A stretch of 64,000 bases of DNA from Cyanobacteriota bacterium (GTDB lineage Bacteria > Acidobacteriota > Vicinamibacteria > Vicinamibacterales > UBA2999). The position numbers and the translations under genes were made by a program. Of the stretch, positions 46,941-54,654 are shown in pieces. The stretch spans positions 879 through 64,878 of the forward strand of contig JAIEMQ010000021.1 in the NCBI GenBank assembly GCA_019752015.1, written 5' to 3'. The notes beneath the pieces are model-generated. The model was not told the DNA's origin and did not search any database. It saw nothing but the letters and a program-made list of their open reading frames with translations. How positions within the stretch are numbered: the first letter of the stretch is position 1; every line of letters begins with the position of its first letter.

Positions 46941-48344
46941 ATGTATCTGACGCAGAAGCAGCTGTCCCGCCGCACCGTCCTCAAGGGTGTCGGCGTCACC
47001 ATGGCGTTGCCGTTCCTCGAGGCCATGGTTCCGGCGCGCGCCTCGGCCCAGGCCGCGCGCGGCCGCGTCCGGTTTGCCGCGATCGAAATGGTCCACGGTT
47101 CCGCCGGCAGCACGGCGTTCGGCATCAAGAAGAACATGTGGGCGCCGGCGGCCGTGGGACGCGAGTTCGACCTGACACCGAGCGCGCTGTCGCCGCTCGA
47201 GGCGTTCCGCGACCACATCACCATCGTCAGCAACACCGACGTGAGAAACGCCGAAGCGTTCACCGCTCCTGAAATCGGGGGCGATCACTTCCGGTCGAGC
47301 GCGGTGTTCCTCACGCAGATGCATCCGAAGCAGACGCAGGGCAGCGATGTGCTGGTCGGCACCTCGATCGATCAGTACTACGCGCAGCGCAACGGCCAGG
47401 CCAATGCGATTCCGTCGATGCAGCTGTGCATCGAGAACGTCGACCAGGCGGGCGGCTGCTCCTACGGTTATTCCTGCACCTATACGGACTCGATCAGCTG
47501 GGCGGCGCCCGATCAGCCGCTGCCGATGATTCGCGATCCGCGCACGGTGTTCGATCAGCTGTTCGGCGTCGGCGCCACGCCGGCGGAGCGCAAGGAGCGC
47601 CGCGCCGAGGACAAGAGCATCCTCGACTGGCTCGGCGACGCCGTGACGCGCATGAACAAGAACCTCGGCGCCAGCGATCGCGCGCGCCTCGCCGATTACC
47701 TCGAAGACGTCCGCGAGATCGAGCGCCGTATCCAGCAGGTCGAGGCCGCCAACGCCAAGGGCGAGCCGCGCGAGCTGCCCGGCGCGCCGGTCGGCGTGCC
47801 CGACTCGTTCGAAGAGCACGTCAAGCTGATGTTCGATCTCCAGGCACTGGCGTTCGCGTCGGATACGACGCGCGTGTTCGCGTTCAAGCTCGGCCGCGAT
47901 GCGTCAAACCGCGTCTACGCCGACAGCGGCTACAAGGCGGCGTTCCACTCGGCCTCGCATCACCAGGATCGCGACGATCGCATCACCGAGTTCGCGAAGA
48001 TCAACCGCTACCACGTCAGCATGATTCCGTACTTCCTCAAGAAGCTGAAGGACACGCCGGACGGGGATGCGACGCTGCTCGACAACACGCTGCTCGTCTA
48101 CGGATCGCCGATGGGCAACTCGAACGTCCACAATCACAAGCGCTGCCCGCTGTTCCTCGCCGGCCACGCCGGCGGCGCGCTGAAGGGCGGACTGCACCTG
48201 CGCGCCGCCGACGGCACGCCGATGGCCAACGTGATGTTGTCGGTGGCGCACATGCTCGGCATGAACGACTTCAAGCAGTTCGGCGACAGCACCAGCGCGT
48301 TCGATCTCAACACGGTGCCGGCGACGACTGCAGCCGCGGAGTAA
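46941..48344 (+). CDS. Module 3 gene B: Tat-exported DUF1552-like protein
   Basis: 'MYLTQKQLSRRTVLKGVGVTMALPFLEAM', 'FHSASHHQDRDD', 'GSPMGNSNVHNHKRCPLF'. Confidence 0.85.
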   Translation: MYLTQKQLSRRTVLKGVGVTMALPFLEAMVPARASAQAARGRVRFAAIEMVHGSAGSTAFGIKKNMWAPAAVGREFDLTPSALSPLEAFRDHITIVSNTDVRNAEAFTAPEIGGDHFRSSAVFLTQMHPKQTQGSDVLVGTSIDQYYAQRNGQANAIPSMQLCIENVDQAGGCSYGYSCTYTDSISWAAPDQPLPMIRDPRTVFDQLFGVGATPAERKERRAEDKSILDWLGDAVTRMNKNLGASDRARLADYLEDVREIERRIQQVEAANAKGEPRELPGAPVGVPDSFEEHVKLMFDLQALAFASDTTRVFAFKLGRDASNRVYADSGYKAAFHSASHHQDRDDRITEFAKINRYHVSMIPYFLKKLKDTPDGDATLLDNTLLVYGSPMGNSNVHNHKRCPLFLAGHAGGALKGGLHLRAADGTPMANVMLSVAHMLGMNDFKQFGDSTSAFDLNTVPATTAAAE

Positions 48345-48347
48345 CAG

Positions 48348-50054
48348 ATGCGTAGAGTGTTTGGAATCGTTGCCATCGCAGTCGCGTTGTCGGCCGGCAT
48401 CAATGCCGCTGAGTCGCCGGTCGCTGATGCCGCGGCGCGCGGCGATCGCGACGCGGTCAAGGCCCTGCTCAAGAACGCGGCCGACGTCAATGCCGCGCAG
48501 GGCGACGGCATGACCGCGCTGCACTGGGCGGCGATGAACGGCGATCTCGAGCTCGCGCAGATGCTGATCTTCGCCGGTGCGAACGTCCGTGCGACGACGA
48601 GGCTTGGCACGTATACGCCGCTGTATCTTGCCAGCCAGCAGGGTCACGGCGACGTGATCCGGGCGCTGGTGAAGGCGGGCGCGGATGTCAAAGCCGGCAC
48701 GCCGAACGGCACGTCACCACTCATGGTGGCCGCGGCCTCCGGTGACGTGGCGGCGGTGCGCGCGCTCGTGGAGTCCGGCGCCGATGTGAACGGCAAGGAC
48801 GGCGTGCGCGGCCAGACGCCGATCATGTATGCGGCGGCGTCGAATCGCGCCGCGGTGATCGAATACCTCGCGTCGAAGGGCGCCGATCTCACAGTCACCA
48901 ACAAGGTCTCCGACCTCGCCAACCTCTCGCGCGAAAGCGCGGGCTTTGGCGGCAATCCCCAGGGCGCGATTCCCGGTGGCGGCCAGGGCGGTCCCGGCGG
49001 CGGCGCTCCCGCCGCGGGCGGCCGTCGCGCGCCGATGCCGGGCGTCGATCGCAACTACCAGCTCAACGAGCTGATCATGGCGCAGGGCGGCCTGACGCCG
49101 CTGCTGTATGCGGTGCGCCAGGGCTACATGGAATCCTCCGAGGCCCTCATCAAGGCGGGCGCGGACGTCAATCAGCCGTCGGCGGGCGACAAGACTACAC
49201 CGCTGATCATGGCGATCATCAACGGTCACTTCGATCTCGCGAAGACGCTGCTCGATCGCGGCGCGAACGCGACCGTGGCGGCCGGCAACGGCGCCGGTGC
49301 GCTCTATGCGGTGCTGAACGTCGAATGGGCGCCGAAGGCGCTCTATCCGCAGCCGCAGGCGCACAAGCAACAGAAGATGAGTTATCTCGAGCTGATGAAG
49401 GCGCTGATCGACAAGGGCGCCGACGTCAATGCCCGAACGAAGATGAAGATCTGGTACTCGGGCTACAGCTTCGATCTGTCGGGCGTCGACGAGATCGGCG
49501 CCACGCCGTTCTGGCGCGCCGCGTATGCGAGCGACATCGCGGCCATGAAGATGCTCGTCGCCGCCGGCGCCGATCCGAACCTGCCGACCATGAAGCCGGC
49601 CGGCCGCGCCCGCTTTGGCGACATGCTCGAAGCGCGCGAAGTGATCGATCAGTCAGGCCTGCCGCCCGTTCCGGTCGGCGGCCCGTCAATCACGCCGCTG
49701 CAGGCCGCCTCGGGCGCCGGCTACGGCGAAGGCTTCGGCGCCAATTCGCATCGCTTCGCGCCGACCGGCATGCTGGCGGCGGTGAAGTATCTCGTCGAGG
49801 ATCTCGGCGCCGACGTCAACGCCGCCGATCACGAAGGCAAGACCGCGCTGCACCATGCGGCGTCGCGCGGCGACAACGAAATGATTCTCTACCTGGTGTC
49901 GAAAGGCGCCAACGTCAAGGCCGTCGATCGCGAGGGAAGAACGACGGTGGACATGGCCAACGGGCCCGTGCAGCGCATTCAACCGTTTCCCGAGACGATT
50001 GCCCTCCTGGAAAAGCTCGGAGCAAAGAACAACCATAAGTGCATTTCCTGCTAG
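48348..50054 (+). CDS. Module 3 gene C: secreted ankyrin-repeat protein ending NNHKCISC
   Basis: Sec signal 'MRRVFGIVAIAVALSAGINAAES', ankyrin units, Gly-rich linker 'GGGQGGPGGGAPAAGG', C-terminus '...NNHKCISC'. Confidence 0.85.
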   Translation: MRRVFGIVAIAVALSAGINAAESPVADAAARGDRDAVKALLKNAADVNAAQGDGMTALHWAAMNGDLELAQMLIFAGANVRATTRLGTYTPLYLASQQGHGDVIRALVKAGADVKAGTPNGTSPLMVAAASGDVAAVRALVESGADVNGKDGVRGQTPIMYAAASNRAAVIEYLASKGADLTVTNKVSDLANLSRESAGFGGNPQGAIPGGGQGGPGGGAPAAGGRRAPMPGVDRNYQLNELIMAQGGLTPLLYAVRQGYMESSEALIKAGADVNQPSAGDKTTPLIMAIINGHFDLAKTLLDRGANATVAAGNGAGALYAVLNVEWAPKALYPQPQAHKQQKMSYLELMKALIDKGADVNARTKMKIWYSGYSFDLSGVDEIGATPFWRAAYASDIAAMKMLVAAGADPNLPTMKPAGRARFGDMLEAREVIDQSGLPPVPVGGPSITPLQAASGAGYGEGFGANSHRFAPTGMLAAVKYLVEDLGADVNAADHEGKTALHHAASRGDNEMILYLVSKGANVKAVDREGRTTVDMANGPVQRIQPFPETIALLEKLGAKNNHKCISC

Positions 50055-52402
50055 GCCACGGATTTCCACAGATTAAACACAGACAATTCCTTGGGCTGGT
50101 CACGTTACTGGCCCTCGGTGTGTCTGCGCCCGCGCTCGCACAAGCCTCGGAATCCGAGGCTCGTGCGGGAACCGCATCGTCATCAAGCGTGATTGACGGC
50201 CCCGCGCCGTCCGATCAACCGAACGTGCTGGTCCGCGACGGTAATTTCAAGTCGACGATTCGCGCCATCAAGCTGCGCGCGCCGCTGCAGTTCGACGGCC
50301 GCCTCGACGACGAGGTCTACCGGCAATATCCCGGCTTCGAGGGGATGCTGCAGGCGTCACCGAAGTACAACGAGCCGTCGACGGAGCAGACCGAGATCTG
50401 GGTGATGTTCGACGGCGACAACATCTACATCGCCGCGAAGTGCTGGGACACCGCGCCGCCGGAGAAGTGGATCGCCAACGAGCTGCGCCGCGACACCAAC
50501 CAGATGCGCCAGAACGATCATTTCGGCGTCGGCTTCGACACCTTCTACGATCGCCGCAGCGGCTACATGTTCTACGCCAATCCGATCGGCGGCTTCTCCG
50601 ATTATTCAGTGGTCGACGAAGGCGCGCCGAACAGCGACTGGAACCCGGTGTGGATCGCGAAGACCGGCCGCTTCGACGGCGGCTGGACCATCGAGATGCA
50701 GTTCCCGTTCAAGTCGCTGCGCTACACGTCCGGCAGCGATCAGGTGTGGGGCATCCAGTTCCGCCGCTCGATCCGTCACAAGAACGAATGGACCTACTGG
50801 ACGCCGGTGCCGCAGAACATGGCCGGCCCGGGCGCGCTCAATCGCGTCTCGGCGTACGGCACCGTCGTCGGGCTCGACCTGCCGCCGGCGGGCCGCAATG
50901 TCGAGCTGAAGCCGTATGCGCTCGGCAAGATGACCACCGATCGCCTGACCAACCCGCCGACGTCGAACGATCGCGACGGTGATTTCGGCGGCGACGTGAA
51001 GTACGGCGTGACCGCGAACCTGACCGCCGACCTGACCGTGAACACCGACTTCGCGCAGGTCGAGATCGACGAGCAGCAGGTCAACCTGACGCGCTTCAAT
51101 CTGTTCCTGCCGGAGAAGCGCGAGTTTTTCCTCGAGGGACGCGGGCTGTTTGATTTCGGCCGCGGCGGATCCTCGAGCGGCGGCAACTTCGGCGGCGGCG
51201 GCAGCTCGGATACGCCGTACCTGTTCTACACGCGCCGCATCGGCCTCAACCGCGGCCGCGTGGTGCCGATCGATGCCGGCGGGCGGCTGACCGGAAAGAT
51301 CGGCGGCTTCGGCGTCGGCGTGATGAACATCCGGAGCGGCGGCGAACAGGTCTCGGCCAGCCCCGCTACCAGCTTCACGGTGCTGCGCGTCAAGCGCGAC
51401 ATCCTGCGCCGCAGCACCATCGGCGCGATGCTCACCAATCGCAACCAGCTGTCGTCGAACCTGCCGGGCAGCAACCAGGCGTTCGGTGTCGATGCCGCGC
51501 TGGCTTTCTATCAGAACGTCGCGCTGGGCGGCTATTACGCGCGCACCGAGACGACCAACCTCGCGGGCGACAACCAAAGTTATCTCGGCAAGTTCGACTG
51601 GTCGCCGGATCGCTACGGCGTCAGCGCCGAAGTGCTCAAGGTCGGACGCGAGTTCAATCCCGAGGTCGGCTTCCTGCGGCGCACGGACTTCACGCGATCG
51701 TACGGGTCGGCGCGCTTCAGCCCGCGGCCGAAATCATCGCGCTTGGTCCGCAAGTACACCTCGCAGGCGAGCTACGAGTATTACGAGAACGGCCGCGGCG
51801 ATGTGGAATCGCGACAGGCCACCGGCCGCTTCAACGTCGAATTCAACAACAGCGACGTCTTCAACATCGAGGCGAACGCCAATTACGACCTGCTGCTGAC
51901 GCCGTTCACGCCGTCGCCGGGCCATCGCATCGCGGCCGGCGGGTATTACTACAACGACGTGCTGCTGTCCTACAACATGGGACAGCAGCGGCGGCTGTCC
52001 GGCAACATCGGCGCGCAGTTCGGCGGGTATTACAACGGCACGATCAAGTCGCTGAGCTTCTCTCAGGCGCGCTATGCGATCCTGAAGCAGTTCTCCGTCG
52101 AGCCGCGCCTGTCGATCACGCGCATCGATCTGCCGGCCAGCTCGTTCACGACCAGGCAGATCGGCGCGCGCACCGACTACGGCTTTTCGCCGCGCATGTT
52201 CGCCAGCGCGCTGCTGCAATACAGCTCCGCCGACCACACCTTCAGCAGCAATGTCCGGTTTCGCTGGGAGTACCGGCCGGGCAGCGAGGTGTTCGTGGTC
52301 TGGAGCGACGAGCAGAATTCGAATCCGCTCGATCCGCGCGATCGATTGGCGCTGCGAAACCGCGCCTTCGTGGTGAAGATGACGCGGCTGTTCCGGTTCT
52401 AG
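50039..52402 (+). CDS. Putative outer-membrane protein: N-terminal CBM9/DOMON-like domain plus a large beta-rich domain (DUF5916-like)
   Basis: 787 aa. Signal 'LGLVTLLALGVSAPALAQA'. 'LQFDGRLDDEVY...' resembles a CBM9-like N-domain. Alternating beta-strand-like sequence with aromatic C-terminus '...MTRLFRF'. GTG start overlaps gene C3 by 16 nt. The family name is from memory. Confidence 0.7.
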   Translation: MHFLLGHGFPQIKHRQFLGLVTLLALGVSAPALAQASESEARAGTASSSSVIDGPAPSDQPNVLVRDGNFKSTIRAIKLRAPLQFDGRLDDEVYRQYPGFEGMLQASPKYNEPSTEQTEIWVMFDGDNIYIAAKCWDTAPPEKWIANELRRDTNQMRQNDHFGVGFDTFYDRRSGYMFYANPIGGFSDYSVVDEGAPNSDWNPVWIAKTGRFDGGWTIEMQFPFKSLRYTSGSDQVWGIQFRRSIRHKNEWTYWTPVPQNMAGPGALNRVSAYGTVVGLDLPPAGRNVELKPYALGKMTTDRLTNPPTSNDRDGDFGGDVKYGVTANLTADLTVNTDFAQVEIDEQQVNLTRFNLFLPEKREFFLEGRGLFDFGRGGSSSGGNFGGGGSSDTPYLFYTRRIGLNRGRVVPIDAGGRLTGKIGGFGVGVMNIRSGGEQVSASPATSFTVLRVKRDILRRSTIGAMLTNRNQLSSNLPGSNQAFGVDAALAFYQNVALGGYYARTETTNLAGDNQSYLGKFDWSPDRYGVSAEVLKVGREFNPEVGFLRRTDFTRSYGSARFSPRPKSSRLVRKYTSQASYEYYENGRGDVESRQATGRFNVEFNNSDVFNIEANANYDLLLTPFTPSPGHRIAAGGYYYNDVLLSYNMGQQRRLSGNIGAQFGGYYNGTIKSLSFSQARYAILKQFSVEPRLSITRIDLPASSFTTRQIGARTDYGFSPRMFASALLQYSSADHTFSSNVRFRWEYRPGSEVFVVWSDEQNSNPLDPRDRLALRNRAFVVKMTRLFRF

Positions 52403-52440
52403 TCCGGCACGCTGGGCGGAGTCACCACCAACAGCACGCG

Positions 52441-52728
52441 TGCCTTCCGCCGGTCGTCCTTGCGGAGCTGCTCAGCGCACCGCAACTGCGCCCGGACGTT
52501 GCGGGCCTCTTCAAGGCCCTGCCCCGGCTCGAGGCTGGCGATGGTTACCGGGAGCGGAGCGGCGAACTGCGCCGCGCGTTGCTGAAGCGGGCGGTCAAGG
52601 CGCGCCTCGCCGATTGCTTCATTGCCCAAAGCTGTATCGATCACCGTGTGCCGCTGGTGACCGGCGACGGCGATTTTCGCCACTTCCGGAAGCACGGTCT
52701 CGTCCTGATTGCGGCAGAGCCGGCGTAG
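52441..52728 (+). pseudogene. N-terminally truncated PIN-domain (VapC-like) toxin remnant
   Basis: Frame +1 reads '...PPVVLAELLSAPQLRPDVAGLFKALPRLE...YRERSGELRRALLKRAVKARLADCFIAQSCIDHRVPLVTGDGDFRHFRKHGLVLIAAEPA*'. There is no ATG, GTG or TTG start upstream of TTG 52579, no N-terminal acidic 'D(T/S)xV' segment and no antitoxin gene. Confidence 0.5.
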
Positions 52729-52838
52729 TCGAGGCGTTTCACGAAATTAGGCAATCCGGCCCATTCGATATACCGTGGAGCCTGCAGCGGCGCCTTGCCG
52801 GTGCAAATTCGTCTACCTCTATCGGGCGGGATACTCAC

Positions 52839-53048
52839 ATGGCGGCAGCAGTCTCAGGAACGATTAAGCGCATCGTCAGCGACAAGGGCTTTGGGTTCGT
52901 GGCAGCGGATGACGGCACCGAATACTTCTTCCACAACTCGGCGGTCTCCGGGGCACGGTTCGACGAGCTCCGCGAGGGGCAGAAAGTGACCTTCGAAAAG
53001 GGGCAGGGTCCGAAGGGGCCGCGCGCCGAGAACCTCCGGCCGGTCTAG
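52839..53048 (+). CDS. Cold-shock domain protein (CspA family)
   Basis: 'GTIKRIVSDKGFGFVAADDGTEYFFHNSAV' carries the RNP1/RNP2-like motifs. 69 aa with a long 5' leader. Confidence 0.9.
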   Translation: MAAAVSGTIKRIVSDKGFGFVAADDGTEYFFHNSAVSGARFDELREGQKVTFEKGQGPKGPRAENLRPV

Positions 53049-53063
53049 GCCGGGCGCGACGAT

Positions 53064-53786
53064 CTAGCGGTCGTCCCGCAACGCCGCCGCCAGGCTGGCG
53101 CCCGTGGGACGGCCGTCGATCGAGATGTATTCGTAGCTCATTTTGAAGCTGGATCGGCCGAACATGCGCACCCGGCCGGTCGACGTCATTTCCACCGGGA
53201 CGACGTGTCCGCCGACGTGCGCGAATTTCCAGGACACATCGACATCACGCAGCCAGAACGACGGGCTCTTCACGAGCCGGCCCTGAATGCGCGTCACGAC
53301 ACCGGTGTCGGGCTCGAGCAGCACGCTGCCGGCCACGAGGCCTTCCGACTTCTTCGCCGGCTTGAGCAGAATGCGCTGCAGTCCGCCGTCGGTCATCCCG
53401 CCATCCTCGAAGAAATAGTTTTTCGATTCGAGCGACGCGCGCAGCCGCTTGCCGTTCGCGATCAGACCCTGCTCGCCTTCGAGCATGCCGCGCAGCACCT
53501 TGTTGCGGATGTATTCGGAGCCGCCCTCGCGAATCACCTCGAAGGTAAAACCGCGGCCCGGGCGATATTCCGTCCACGCTTCGAGCCAGCCGTGCCGATC
53601 TTCGCCGGCGCCGCCTTCCAGCCTGCGCATCGCGCGGTAAGTGGGCGGCATAACCGTGTTGGACCTGGCGAGGATTCGTTCGAACGATGGTGTGGCTGAG
53701 CCGGCCGCCGAGAGGTCTCCCTGAATCCACAACAACGTGAAGCAGGTTGCCAGAATTGGCCCGGCCACGAACGGTGCGCGTCTCAC
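53064..53786 (-). CDS. Secreted hypothetical protein
   Basis: Signal-like 'FVAGPILATCFTLLWIQGDLSAAG'. 240 aa. No motif recognised. Confidence 0.6.
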   Translation of the reverse strand: MRRAPFVAGPILATCFTLLWIQGDLSAAGSATPSFERILARSNTVMPPTYRAMRRLEGGAGEDRHGWLEAWTEYRPGRGFTFEVIREGGSEYIRNKVLRGMLEGEQGLIANGKRLRASLESKNYFFEDGGMTDGGLQRILLKPAKKSEGLVAGSVLLEPDTGVVTRIQGRLVKSPSFWLRDVDVSWKFAHVGGHVVPVEMTSTGRVRMFGRSSFKMSYEYISIDGRPTGASLAAALRDDR

Positions 53787-53836
53787 ACCATTTTCTTGTG
53801 CAGATCACGTACCAAAGCGCGGTATAGAAGAGCCGC

Positions 53837-54589
53837 ATGGCCACATTAGCGGACATCACCGAGGGCCACTCGAAGCGGATCAGCAAGATCACGCAGCTTC
53901 GTGATGCGCGTCTACAGGAGGCTGCGGCGGCGCGCGATCATCGGCTGCGGGCCGTGCCGGCAGCGGCGGCACTTTACGAGCGGTTCGACGAGCAGGTTGC
54001 CAGCGCGCGGAGCACGCAGCTGGCCACGGATGCCAAGGCAGAAACCGCGAGAGCCGCGACGTTGCAGGAGACGAGCGACGCGCGGTCTGAAGCGCTTTCG
54101 CAGGCGCACCGCGCGCGGCGAGACGCGGACGTCGCGGCGTTCGAGCAACGGCGCATTGTCGAAGAAGCGGCTGAGCGCGAATTCATCCTCGCGATCGGTG
54201 CGGCGGCGGCGCAGCCGAACACGGCCGCGGCGCAGAAAAAGCGCGCGCAGAAGCTCGAGCAGGCGAAGAAGGATTTCGACGCGGCGCTCGCCGCCGCGCA
54301 GGAGGCATTCCGCAAGGCGCGAGATGCCGCGATGATCGCGGAGAGCAAGGGCTCGCGCGACGCGGAGCGCGCGTTTGCGGCGGCGGCGAAGGTCAGCGAA
54401 TCATCGGCAAAGGCCGCGCGCGCCGGCGCTGAACAAGCCCTCGCGAAGGCGCTGGCGGCATTGCCCCCGGCCGCGGATGCGCTCGCGGCGTGGCGGTCGG
54501 CAACGACGACGATCGTTGCCGACTACAAGCGCGCCGAGAACGAAGAATTTGAGCGGTTTCATCAGGAAGTGCAAACCCTCGAAGGCTAG
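53837..54589 (+). CDS. Ala/Glu/Arg-rich coiled-coil hypothetical protein
   Basis: 250 aa low-complexity helical sequence. The coding call rests on ORF length and strand context only. Confidence 0.5.
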   Translation: MATLADITEGHSKRISKITQLRDARLQEAAAARDHRLRAVPAAAALYERFDEQVASARSTQLATDAKAETARAATLQETSDARSEALSQAHRARRDADVAAFEQRRIVEEAAEREFILAIGAAAAQPNTAAAQKKRAQKLEQAKKDFDAALAAAQEAFRKARDAAMIAESKGSRDAERAFAAAAKVSESSAKAARAGAEQALAKALAALPPAADALAAWRSATTTIVADYKRAENEEFERFHQEVQTLEG

Positions 54590-54591
54590 AC

Positions 54592-54620
54592 GCCCGGTTG
54601 GTGCTTCGCACCAACCGGGC
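54592..54620. terminator. Strong GC hairpin between convergent genes (no U-tract)
   Basis: 'gcccggttggtgc ttcg gcaccaaccgggc' is a 13-bp perfect stem. A related smaller hairpin, 'ttggtgc caa gcaccaa', lies at 54632-54648. Confidence 0.4.
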
Positions 54621-54654
54621 GGGGGGCGTCGTTGGTGCCAAGCACCAATCGGGC

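Noticed and set aside
52399-52695. 98-aa - strand ORF listed in the track
   Set aside because: The + strand frame over the same DNA gives a recognisable PIN-domain C-terminus. The - strand product has no motifs and is most likely its antisense shadow.
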